A stretch of DNA of 64,000 nt from Octopus bimaculoides (taxonomy: Eukaryota), in NCBI RefSeq assembly GCF_001194135.2, contig NC_068986.1, positions 44,326,252-44,390,251 on the forward strand. The letters are read 5' to 3'. Below the pieces are notes generated by a model. It was not told the origin of the DNA and ran no database searches. It worked only from the letters and a program-made list of their open reading frames with translations. The translations under genes and the position numbers were made by a program. Shown piece after piece: positions 26,858-38,653 of this stretch. How positions within the stretch are numbered: the stretch's first letter is position 1; each line of letters begins with the position of its first letter.

Positions 26858-27240
26858 TTGTTGTCACTCTGTCGCTTACAACGTCGAGGGTTCCAGTTGA
26901 TCCGATCAACAGAACAGCCTGCTCATGAAATTAACGTGCAAGTGGCTGAGCACTCCACAGACACGTGTACCCTTAATGTAGTTCTCGGGGATATTCAGCG
27001 TGACACAGTGTGACAAGGCTGACCCTTTGAATTACAGGCACAACAGAAACAGGAAGTAAGAGTGAGAGAAAGTTGTGGTGGAAGAGTACAGCAGGGTTCG
27101 CCACCATCCCCTGCCGGAGCCTCGTGGAGCTTTAGGTGATTTCGCCCAATAAACACTCACAACGCCCGGTCTGGGAATCGAAACCGCGATCCTATGACCG
27201 CGAGTCCGCTGTCCTAACCACTGGGCCATTGCGCCTCCAC
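26858..27240 (-). mobile_element. SINE family C, young copy with tRNA-derived head
   Basis: Minus strand begins gtggaggcgcaatggcccagtggttagg...ggtttcgattcccagacc (A and B boxes) and retains CpGs. Near-identical to 36922-37228; 3' parts at 11213-11310 and 51550-51730. Confidence 0.85.
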
Positions 27241-27336
27241 TATGCAAAAGATTAATATTTTAGATTTCAACAAATTCAAAATCAAGTTTCATATGAAGTT
27301 AAACAAATAGTCAGTGACATATGAGATGTTGGAAAG

Positions 27337-27404
<68 letters not shown>

Positions 27405-27978
27405 AACAATAGCAATGCACTTTCTCTCACTAGTATGGAGAAGAAAGAAGCATGGGAATATTACAAGAGGCTGTTGAATGATGAGAATGGGTGTGGGGAG
27501 AGACAGTGAGGCTATCCCAAGTAGACTAAACAGAAGGACAAGTTATTGGGGTTGGCTGCTATACCATCAAAAGGACCATTAAAAATATGAAGCCAAGGAA
27601 AGCAGTAAGATCATCACTATACTTGTTACTGGCTCTTATCTTACTAACTGCACCTCTGTACAGGACTTGTACAGCTTTTACAAGCCTTTCATCTACCCCA
27701 AATTTCCTCAGTAGCTATCAGATCACAGAGCATGAAATCCTATCAAAGGCCTTCTCTAGGTTAACAAACTCCAGGGATAGGGACTTACACCTGACCAGAT
27801 ACTTCTCCTGCAACAATATCATTAAGAAGATGGCATCCATGGTACAAAAGTAAACCAAAGGGCATTCTTATCCTGATAAATTGTGCTGTATTAATCAATA
27901 AATTATGTAATTGCTCAACAAGTTTACTTATCACACAACACTGATATAAATAGAAGAAATAAGTCTGATCTGACTCAC

Positions 27979-28061
27979 CAATTGATCGAGTAATCCAACA
28001 GAGGTAGCTGGATTTTCATCCCATAAATCTTGGAGAGCTGTTTTCACTTTTGGGTAAAGCG
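27979..28061 (-). CDS. WDR7: WDR7 coding exon (LYPKVKTALQDLWDENPATSVGLLDQL)
   Basis: Acceptor tattttcaag, donor gtgagt; 83 nt, phase 1 to 0. Resembles SLQEAF...GIIDQL. Confidence 0.88.
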
Positions 28062-28280
28062 CTTGAAAATAGAATAACTTACAGATAGACAATAGTATAA
28101 ACATAAAAATATATTTGTACATAAATATACATAAGAGTTAATTCTGTTCTTTTCAAGCATATTTTATCAAAGTGTGTTTTTAGTATTTTTAATATTTACA
28201 TTGATTTTTTGTTTTTATTTTAGACCTAATCCTTTAATATTTCACTAAAATTATCATAGCTAGAAACAGCATAATAAATT

Positions 28281-28933
28281 NNNNNNNNNNNNNNNNNNNN
28301 NNNNNNNNNNNNNNNNNNNNNNNNNNNNNNNNNNNNNNNNNNNNNNNNNNNNNNNNNNNNNNNNNNNNNNNNNNNNNNNNNNNNNNNNNNNNNNNNNNNN
28401 NNNNNNNNNNNNNNNNNNNNNNNNNNNNNNNNNNNNNNNNNNNNNNNNNNNNNNNNNNNNNNNNNNNNNNNNNNNNNNNNNNNNNNNNNNNNNNNNNNNN
28501 NNNNNNNNNNNNNNNNNNNNNNNNNNNNNNNNNNNNNNNNNNNNNNNNNNNNNNNNNNNNNNNNNNNNNNNNNNNNNNNNNNNNNNNNNNNNNNNNNNNN
28601 NNNNNNNNNNNNNNNNNNNNNNNNNNNNNNNNNNNNNNNNNNNNNNNNNNNNNNNNNNNNNNNNNNNNNNNNNNNNNNNNNNNNNNNNNNNNNNNNNNNN
28701 NNNNNNNNNNNNNNNNNNNNNNNNNNNNNNNNNNNNNNNNNNNNNNNNNNNNNNNNNNNNNNNNNNNNNNNNNNNNNNNNNNNNNNNNNNNNNNNNNNNN
28801 NNNNNNNNNNNNNNNNNNNNNNNNNNNNNNNNNNNNNNNNNNNNNNNNNNNNNNNNNNNNNNNNNNNNNNNNNNNNNNNNNNNNNNNNNNNNNNNNNNNN
28901 NNNNNNNNNNNNNNNNNNNNNNNNNNNNNNNNN
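28281..28933. other. Assembly gap
   Basis: Run of N inside the intron between exons 29004 and 28061; phases match across it. Confidence 0.99.
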
Positions 28934-29003
28934 ATATATATATATATATATATATATACAAGTGGAGACATGGGTAATTATAAAATGCATTTGTTATACT
29001 TAC

Positions 29004-29172
29004 TTGGCAGATTATAATAGTTATCTTGTTTGATACAGGTTGTTTTAGGTTCTGAAATTTCTGGTAGATTCCATACAAGAATCTGTCCCTCGGAGTTACC
29101 GCACAAGAGAAACTTTTCATCATTGCTTTTACCGCCACGTTGAAAATCCATTGCAGGAGAACAAACACATTG
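29004..29172 (-). CDS. WDR7: WDR7 coding exon (QCVCSPAMDF...LLCGNSEGQILVWNLP...)
   Basis: Acceptor cttcttcaag, donor gtaagt; 169 nt, phase 0 to 1. Resembles LICPP...GDSSGRLNIWN. Confidence 0.88.
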
Positions 29173-29917
29173 CTTGAAGAAGGAGAGAGAAAAAACAAGG
29201 CAACAAATTTATAACACTGATTATTGAACAGTAATTCTTGATGGTCACCATGCTAGTTTAACTGAGTTGATTTTAACAAATATAAATGACTTATCATATT
29301 CCTAACAGTTTGTGAACTGTTTCATTTGAGATATGCAATAAACCAGGATATAGTTTTATTGCTCTGATTTTCAAATATATTAATAGTGTTTTTACATCCA
29401 TATTTTGAAGCTAATATGCAATGGATAACTTTTGTAAAATATTTGGCATTTGCAGATTTTGGGTACAATTGCTTTTATAGCTAGATGCAGTTCCTACCAC
29501 TAATAATGGTTTCAAATTTTGGCAGAAGACCAGCAATTCTGGCGGGAGGAGGTAAGCCAATTACATCGACCCCCAGTGCTCAACTGGTACTTACTTTATT
29601 GACCCTGCAGAATTTGAACTCAGAATGCCACTAAGCATTTTGTTCAGCAGCAAGTAGGTTCTGTATGATTTATATAACACAATCATCATCACTGTTACCA
29701 ATATCATCATGTTCATGTTAAAAGCATGGTGGCTATGGTAACAATGTTTGATCTCAAGACCATATAATAGTAAACCAGTACCCTTATTTCACAATCATTG
29801 ATTTGAACATCATTATCATAATTGTCATTTAATGTCCATGTTCCATTCTGGCTTGGGTTAGACAAAACAACATCAACAGCAAATAAAAAAGAAAAAAAAG
29901 TAACTTGAGATACATAC

Positions 29918-30005
29918 CTGTTCTTTTAGTGTATTCAATACATAATAGGCCTGGGGAGATGAAGGCTGATAGTGGGCATGATAGTCTGGACTCTCTGGAT
30001 TAGTA
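29918..30005 (-). CDS. WDR7: WDR7 coding exon (TNPESPDYHAHYQPSSPQAYYVLNTLKEQ)
   Basis: Acceptor tttattattag, donor gtatgt; 88 nt, phase 2 to 0, which bridges both neighbours. Protein similarity here is weak. Confidence 0.78.
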
Positions 30006-30869
30006 CTAATAATAAAACAACAGGAGCTTAGGACAAGGTATAAATAATGCTTGAAACAATATCCATTTACCAGAAAAAAAGTAGAAAAAAAAATTACTAC
30101 TTTTAATATAAATTTGTATTCATTAAAAAAAATTAAATCTTAATTATTTTAGTTCCATCTTCTCTGCTGGAATAAGTTGGATGGACTGTCCCAGTTCCAG
30201 GTCAATTTTTGTTTAAAATGATTGCCTTCCTAGATAAGTCAAAGGAGCATATCTCACTTGTATGTTCCTACTCTTGGTATAGTCCAGCTTTCTTAACAAC
30301 AATCATAGTACTATATAGAATGTTGTTACTTCTGATTATTTTCTCATAAACATTTCCAGAGCAAGAAATTCTTTTATTATTATCATTAATATTACTAATC
30401 ATTATCATCACCATCACCACCATCATCTAAAGTATACCATGGTGGTATGAGTTGGATGGGTCAGCATAGCCTATGTCATCTTGTTCACAAAACAACATAA
30501 CAAACACTGAAAATCATCCTCTGTTTCTTTTTGTACATCTAACAATATTAGCTGGGTGTATCTTAATGTGCTATCAGTACTAGTGAGGAGACTAAAGTGT
30601 ATCAGTTCTTATTTGGAGCTGCTGCCCTCCTAAAATGAACAATGTGTCATGGCTTGCCAAGTCTCTGTCTTATTTGTACATTTCAGTGTTCACTCAAGTA
30701 CAAAAGGGAATAATATATATTTCCCATAAAAATCTAAGGGGGAAAAAAAGAATATGTTAAGATTAAATTGTCAACATTCTATATAGTACTATGATTTGAA
30801 CAACTTAACTCAGCCAATATAATAACATTGTGTAACACAATTTTTATCCTTGGGTAGTAACTATTATTT

Positions 30870-31110
30870 CCTATTTGCTTACCCCTAAAAAAGTATGAAA
30901 AATGGCTAATATTTCCTTCAAACTTTGCTTTTCTTACACTTATTCAAACTCCAAAGAATCCTGCTCAACACATGGCTATGATGCTCCCCACTACTCCTGC
31001 ACATCATCAGAAATGCACATACTATCAGCCACTATGGAACATGCTTAAGTGGTTACGGTCAAGTAACTGACAAGCAAATCTGTGGTATCGAGCAGAATAT
31101 TTACTATAAC
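30870..31110 (-). mobile_element. SINE family F fragment, reverse orientation
   Basis: Reverse complement of 62340-62500 (aatattctgctcaataccac...gggggagcatcata...ctttgg). Confidence 0.65.
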
Positions 31111-32984
31111 GATATTTCTGCTTCAGCAACTCAGAGTTGAATCTGTCTGAAATGTAGCGGAAAACAGGTCAGTTTCAAAACATTGATGTCCAAGTTGCAA
31201 AAGCAAAGTTTGAAGACAATAGTAGTCATTTCCTTCGATTTCTAGATAGAAGCAAATAGGAAATAACACTTACTGACTAAAGACAAAAACAAAATTTTGT
31301 TAAACAGCATTATGGTTTCTTAATTAATCCTGTGTCTTAACACATCAAGAGAAAAGAAAATGAAATTTGTAACATGTCTTTTACCAGAGATACAACAATA
31401 CTGAAAAACCCAATAGAAAACAATGGACTCCAAGATTTAGAAGATTCAACTCTAAAGATGTTCCAGGATGCTTAGCCATGAAAGCTAAACCAAACTAAAG
31501 GACTAATAAAATAAAAAAAGAAAAATTAGCAAAGGGGAGAAGATCAGATACAGTTGATTAACTACTTAACATTTCATTACTAGTAATTATTTTATTAATG
31601 CATGAAGCAAAACAGTTGACAGCAAGGACACTGGATCTTTTCAAAAGTTGCATGGGAAGTATAATGACTAAGATATCAAAATACTAATCTGATTTATCTA
31701 TCAACTTGTTAATTTGTAAGACCGAAGTCAAAATAATTGACCTTTACTCAATGGAGTCAAAAATTTTAAACACACCAATTTTGTTGTGACTTTTTTAAAC
31801 CCCTATGAATTTTTTTTATCTCTAAAAAAAGGTAATTCTTTGGCAATAGGAACATTAGAAAACATGTAGTAGCAACATGTAACATTGTGAGGACATGACA
31901 TTCAAGGGATGAGGATAGGAAATATGAGAATGTCATATTGTGTTTAATGAAACACAAATGCACATAGTTAAGTTTGCCTCCCAACAACATACATTTTCTA
32001 ATTCAGTCTTATTAAGTGGCACTTCGGGCAAGCATCTTCTACTTTAACCCCAAGCTTAGCAAAAGTTTGAGTGAACTTGGTAGATGGAAAATGAAAGAAG
32101 CCTGTTGTGTGTATCTTTTGCTTTTTACTTGTTTCAATCATTGGCCTGTTGTCATGCTGGGGTACCACTTTGAAGGGTTTTACTTGAATAAATCAACCCC
32201 AATACTTATTTTATCAGCCTCTTTTGCTGAACTGCTAACACACACACATATTTTCCTATTGTTTTACATCCATTATTATGTTAGTGTGAACAGACTTTTG
32301 AAAATTTGTACACTGAGAAACATTTGCAATTGCTTTTCAAGCTGGATTTAGTTCAAATTGTTCTCTATTCAATTAGACAGTAAGAAGTGTAAGCTCTTTC
32401 CAAAAATGCAAAGCAATATCATAATATGATATTATACAAAAGAATTTATTATACCCTGAAAAAAAAAGAAAGAAAATGGAGAAAGTCTATTTGATTTTTT
32501 TAAAAATTTACTTTTTAAATTAAAAAATTTTTTTTGCATTATTTCATTATTGAGAATTGTTTGAATTTCTTTTTTTTATATATAAACAACTTTCTATAAT
32601 AAAATTTATGCAATTATGAATTAATCCTAAATTACGAGTAATATATGGGAGATGTTGGTAGTGTGGAACAAAACAAAAACAAATAAAATGAAAAGAAATA
32701 AAAAATATGAAAAAAAAAAAAGCAGGCAAATTAAAGAAAAAGAGATACTGAAAACATTGAGCATGGAGGAAACAAGTTTGATGAAAAATGGTAGTAAGCG
32801 CATGGCTGTGCCAATGTTACAGTATGGCTACAACCAGTAAATGAGTAATGCAAGCATAGATAAGAATGGTAAATAAAGCTAAGAAAAAATACATGATGTA
32901 AAGTGGCAAGGTCTTTACATATGGCATTGGGAGTGAAGTAAACATAAAAATATAATGTATCTAAGAATGATAACTGTTTCTAAT

Positions 32985-34340
32985 ACAGGCACAAAGGCCT
33001 GAAATTTGGGAGATGGGGGTTGGTCAATTGCATTTAGTCAGGTATTTGACTAGTAATTTATTTCAACATTAGAAGGATAAAATGCAATGTTGATCTCCAT
33101 TGGATTTGAACACAGAATGCAAAGAGCCAGTATCAAATACTGAATGGTATTTTTTGTGTGATGCTTCAACAATTCTTCTAATAAACAGCCTAAGGAATAA
33201 TAATAGTCCTTTCTACTCTATGCACAAGGCCTGAAATTTGGAGGAAGTAGGTGTGTTGATTATATTAATCCCAGTGCATGACTGGTACTTATTTTATCGA
33301 CCCTGAAAAGATGAAAGCAAAGTCAACCTCAGAACATAAAGACAGAAGAAACTGCTGCTAAGCATTTTTTCCGGTGTGTTAACAATTCTAGGGGAAGGGG
33401 TAAGTTGATTACATCGATCCTACTGATCCACTGGTACTTATTTGATCATCCCAGAAAAGATGAAAGGCAATGTTGACTGCAGCAGAATTTGAACTCAGAA
33501 TGTAAGGCTGGAAGAAATGTCACTAAGCATTTTGCCCAGTGTGATAATCTTTTTGCAAGCTCACTACCTTGTTAATAATAATCCTTTCTGTTCAAAGCAC
33601 AATGTCTGAAACTTGGGGGGGGGGGGGCTAACTGATAACACTGACCCCTGTGTGGAACTGATGCTTATTTTATCAACCCTGAAAGGATGAAAGGCAAAAT
33701 CAGCCTTCACAGAATAAACTCAGAACATAAAGCTGGAAGAATGTCACTAAGTTTTTTTTCTAGTGCAGTAATAATTCTGTCTGCTCTCTGCTCTGATAAT
33801 AAAAATAATCCTTTCTACTATATAGGAAGACCTGAAATTTGGTAAGAGGGAGAAAGTCCATTTGGTAAGAGGGAGATAGTCAATTACATTGACCCCAGTA
33901 CTCACTGGTACTTATTTTATCAACCCTGAATAGATGAAAGGCAAAGTTGACTTCAGCAGAATTTGAACTCAGAATGTAAAGATGGATGAAATACCCACTA
34001 AGCATTTTGCCCACAGACTTAATAATAATAATGATAAAAATGGTTTCAAACTTTGGCACAAGGGCAGTGATTTGGTAGGAGGGAGTAAGTGGATTAGACC
34101 AACTGCAATATTCAACTGATACTCATTTTACCAACCCCAGAAGGATGAAAGGCAAAGTTGACTTTGGCAGAATTTGAATTCGGAATGTAAAGACAGATGA
34201 AATTTTGCACAAAGTGCTAATGATTCTACCAGCTTGCCACCTTAATGATAATAATTTTTGACAGAAGCGTAAGGCCACAAATTTCTAGAGAGAGTGACAA
34301 TCAATTAAATCAACCCCAGTACTTGACTGACACTTAAGTT
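32985..34340 (-). mobile_element. Array of about seven head-to-tail degenerate SINE family A copies
   Basis: Recurrent cctgaaatttg / actggtacttatttt / atgaaaggcaaagttgac / gaatttgaactcagaa / ctaagcatttt at roughly 200-bp period. Confidence 0.8.
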
Positions 34341-34919
34341 ATCAACTACAAAATAGAATGGAAAGGAACATGACATAAGGCAATTAAACATTGCAAGGCA
34401 TTTCTTATAGTCTGTCATTGTTCTGCCTTAAAAATACTGTTTTGGACATGGCCACAAGTTCCTAAAGACTGGGGTCAGTTGATTGGAACAATCCCAATAC
34501 ATTACTGACACTTATTTTATAAACCCAAGGCTGATGGAACAATTGACATAATGAAACAAATTTGTGTGAGAGAGAGAGATGAATTGATCGCAATACACAC
34601 CTATTACTTACTTTCTCACCACTCATACAACCTCGAGAACAAATTTGATAAGGATTGAATTCAAAAGAAGGATGAACATGGACAGAACTGAATAACATTT
34701 TATCACCTATGGACACATAAGAATTGTTACTTTGTGAACTATTGACTATTCCTCTAAAGCAGTACCTTTGTCACTATTACTTCATTTCCTTTCATTTTGA
34801 TTGTTCTGTTTTTCAGTAATTTTCAATATTTTATTAATATCTTTTACAATACTCTGGTATATATATCTTCATTTATTCCATTTATTCCTTAACAATTTTT
34901 TATATTGTAACATTTATGA

Positions 34920-35320
34920 ATTTGTTTTGCAAGATTCCTGATGTAAAATTGTGTGTTGAAATAGACATTATTATATTATGGGATGGGCATTATTTTTGTT
35001 TTTCTTGCCAAATAAACACACACTATATATTCGTTCTTCAGTTGCTTATTATTGTTCTTATTCTATCTTAGGCCCATTGTCTGGAAATCTTTTATCACAA
35101 ACCTGTGACCTCTTCGGTGACTCTTCCATCTGATGTGTCTCCTCATGTTCTGTTTAGTCCATTCTTTTGAAAGATTTCCAGACAATGGACATAAGATAAA
35201 ATAAGAACTATAATAAACGAGTGAAGAATGAATACATACTGTATGTGTTTATTTGGCAAGAAGAAAAAAAAAAAAAGGAAAAATGACCATCCAGAAATAT
35301 AACAGTATTTTGTAATGTTC
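34920..35320 (-). mobile_element. Inverted-repeat (foldback) element, copy 2
   Basis: Arm cccattgtctggaaatcttt pairs with aaagatttccagacaatgga and the flanks pair for more than 100 nt. The core is the reverse complement of that at 10610-10690. Confidence 0.75.
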
Positions 35321-35725
35321 TAATTTGTTAATTCATTATTACCATAATTGCTACCTTTTCATTTTTGACCATTCATTTAAATCAACAAGATCCCCCACCC
35401 CAATCACTGTTATTCATTGTAATTGTCATGCCAGTATTTTTTATTTATTTATTTACTTATTCATATATTTTGTTGTATCTTGGGAGAGTCATTACACCAA
35501 AAATAAATAATACATCCACAGGTTCAATTCCACTTCTTTACTGTTAGTCAGTTGATTAAATATATAATCAACTAATCGTTGGTTTGTTTAATGTGCTGGT
35601 TCTAGGTTAGTCAAAGTTCTTTTGCTGCTGTTTACAACCTTTTCAATGACTTAGTGAATTTCCATTTATTCTTTTACGCATTTCAGCCCCAAAGCTGTTG
35701 CCATGCTGGGGCACTGCCAGTGCTA

Positions 35726-35965
35726 TCACCTTTTCACTGGCCATTCTTTTGTGATTGGCTTTTGGTGAAAGAAAGAGTTCAACACTATTGCCTTCTTTTG
35801 AGTTTCTTGCCATGATGTAGGTTCATCTGGGACCTTGGACTGCAGGAGGTCAAGCTGTTTCTTGAAAACATCTCCTACTTCACGTAGCTCTCTCAGATGT
35901 TTTGGCAAAGTATTAAATAGCTGTGGACCCTTGAATCCAAAGCTATAGTAGTACATGGTCCTCAA
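35726..35965 (-). mobile_element. CR1/L2-like LINE 3' end fragment
   Basis: Peptide FKGPQLFNTLPKHLREL..VGDVFKKQLDLL.SKVPDEP resembles the C-terminal tail of CR1-group RT. Confidence 0.7.
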
Positions 35966-36259
35966 TTTAGATGGGGCAGCTGGGACGTTTGGAATAGTGC
36001 AGTGGTGTCCAGTTCAGGGGATGATATAGCCAAAGTTTGGTACCAACCCTTTCAGGATCTTCCATACATATATCACTACATATTTCTTTCATCTTTACTC
36101 CAGAGAGTAGAGTCATAGCTTTTTCAATATACATACATATATAAATATACATATATACATATACACATATACATGCATATCTAAATATACATATATATAT
36201 ATATATATATTTCTTTCAGCCAGAGGTTGGGGGTAATGCTGGGACACCACCTCTCAGTG

Positions 36260-36448
36260 TGTTAGAATTTCTTTTCTGTACTGTTTATGGTGAAGTAGCA
36301 AGTTGGATGGAACTACTCTTCTTTGTGCCTCCTGTCCACAATGTGGATTCATGTGGTATTTCAGACAAAAATTTGTCTAGATGCTCTTTGAAGACCTCCA
36401 CATCTACACCTCACAAATCTCTAAGGTTGTTTAGAAACCTAAGCTGCT
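36260..36448 (-). mobile_element. Second CR1/L2-like LINE 3' end fragment
   Basis: Minus frame LRDL*GVDVEVFKEHLDKFLSEIPHE parallels the 35726-35965 peptide. Confidence 0.6.
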
Positions 36449-36921
36449 NNNNNNNNNNNNNNNNNNNNNNNNNNNNNNNNNNNNNNNNNNNNNNNNNNNN
36501 NNNNNNNNNNNNNNNNNNNNNNNNNNNNNNNNNNNNNNNNNNNNNNNNNNNNNNNNNNNNNNNNNNNNNNNNNNNNNNNNNNNNNNNNNNNNNNNNNNNN
36601 NNNNNNNNNNNNNNNNNNNNNNNNNNNNNNNNNNNNNNNNNNNNNNNNNNNNNNNNNNNNNNNNNNNNNNNNNNNNNNNNNNNNNNNNNNNNNNNNNNNN
36701 NNNNNNNNNNNNNNNNNNNNNNNNNNNNNNNNNNNNNNNNNNNNNNNNNNNNNNNNNNNNNNNNNNNNNNNNNNNNNNNNNNNNNNNNNNNNNNNNNNNN
36801 NNNNNNNNNNNNNNNNNNNNNNNNNNNNNNNNNNNNNNNNNNNNNNNNNNNNNNNNNNNNNNNNNNNNNNNNNNNNNNNNNNNNNNNNNNNNNNNNNNNN
36901 NNNNNNNNNNNNNNNNNNNNN
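36449..36921. other. Assembly gap
   Basis: Run of N. Confidence 0.99.
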
Positions 36922-37228
36922 AATGTGCAAGTGGCTGAGCACTCCACAGACACGTGTACCCATAACATAGTTCTTGGGGATATTCAGCGTGACACAGTGT
37001 GACAAGGCTGACCCTTTGAATTACAGGCACAACAGAAACAGGAAGTAAGAGTGAGAGAAAGTTGTGGTGAAAGAGTACAGCAGGGTTCACCACAATCCCC
37101 TGCCGGAGCCTCGTGGAGCTTTAGGTGTTTTTGCTCAATAAACACTCACAACACCCGGTCTGGGAATCGAAACCACGATCCTATGACCGTGAGTCTGCTG
37201 CCCTAACCACAGGACCATTGCGCCTCCT
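36922..37228 (-). mobile_element. SINE family C copy
   Basis: Near-identical to 26930-27240. Confidence 0.85.
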
Positions 37229-37419
37229 GACTGATAGAATAAGTACTAGGCTTACAAAAAATAAGTCCTGGGGTCGATTTGTTTGACTAAAGGCGATGCT
37301 CCAGCATGGCCACAGATAAAAGACTCAGTTTGGTGGCTGGCACTGCATAGTACCAAAGATCTCCTTCTGTGAACATACTTTTGTAAAAACAACTCAATCA
37401 ATACACACACACACACACA

Positions 37420-38653
37420 CAGAGGATTTCAGGGCTGAATATGAACATTTTTTAGTTTTCTCTTTTTAGGAACAGCTTGATGTATTGGTGAACAGTCAAT
37501 GGCATTGGAGAGCATAAAGATAAAGGTTGCAACTGAGAAGTTAGCTGACTGAGAGAAAACTGGAAAAGAGTTACATTGTCATCATGAGTTGTGCTGGGTA
37601 TGAAAATACCAGCATCATGACTACTGCTTAATGCTCTGTGAACTCTGGAAAGGTAAATATGAATGACACAGACAGCTACAATGGAAACTACGAAGCTATG
37701 GCCAACAGCATGTGACAAAGCAGGAATTTTGATGGCATCCACATACCAGAACTCAGCCAGCAACTACAGGAAAAGGTGATGGAATATCTGAGCAAGAGAA
37801 TCCAGGCTTTGTTGAGCGAGATATGTGTTGGAGTCACCACCATGAAGTTGGCCTTGAATGAGGACCTTTACTATCACTCATACAAGAGGTGCAAGGACAA
37901 ATAGTGACAGCCAAGGCCAGGGAGAACTATCTGATGAAGGCAAAGAAGCTCCCGATCAAGCTGAGGCATCCTACTGAACTAGGGATAATTTGGTTCTTCT
38001 CTATTATGATCAGTAGCACAACACCCAGAACAACAGTCCCACATATCATGAAAACTAAATTACCCCAAACTGTAATAGTATTTGGGTGTGTCTTCAGTGA
38101 GGGTGACATCATACCACACCACATCTTTCAACAGGGCCTTTTCAGACAGTTATGTGAAGCTGCTGATGATTGTGGTGGTCAAACCCTGGCTAGAGATGGT
38201 TGCTGCTGGAGGCTATATGTGTCACAGCAGAATTTGGCTTCTTGCCATGCCTCTGAAAAAAGAGTCAGAAATAGTTGTCAGAAAATTTCTATGACTTTAC
38301 CAGCCCAAATTTCTGACCTCCTAATTCCCCTGATTGTAATCTCTTAGATTACTATGTGTGAGGCACAGGTGAAAAAGATACCAAGTGCTCTGCCTGTAGC
38401 ACCAAGGCTGAGCTGATGACCAAGATCAAGGAAATATTCAAAGATCTTTCTAGGGAGACAGTGAAGAGTGCATGCATCAAGTTCTGGAGCTGTATTGGGA
38501 CTTTAGTGTAAGCTGAAGATGGATATGTAATATCCCAGTCATAATCTAGTTGATATTTTTTGATTTTTTTAAAAATACTTTTATTTTTGAATGGGATATT
38601 GCGTTTTCATTTCATTTTTTGCAAGCTATCAAATTTAGCCTGAGCACCCTGTA
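37420..38653 (+). mobile_element. Decayed Tc1/mariner-superfamily transposon (maT/DD37D-like)
   Basis: Peptides MKTKLPQTVIVFGCVFSEGDIIPHHIFQQGL and DSYVKLL..VVKPWLE.VAAG, frameshifted. Right TIR aaatttagcctgagcaccctg followed by TA. Confidence 0.8.

Noticed and set aside
27160-27240. tRNA-like sequence with A and B boxes
   Set aside because: Continues into a 300-bp body repeated at 36922-37228 and has a poor anticodon stem, so it is a SINE head rather than a tRNA gene.
28226-29198. Long ORFs spanning N runs (also 36259-37093, 55481-56108, 59052-59934)
   Set aside because: Artefacts of translating gaps as X.
32985-34340. Regularly spaced repeats as a CRISPR-like array
   Set aside because: Eukaryotic context, about 200-bp degenerate SINE units, no unique spacers and no cas genes.
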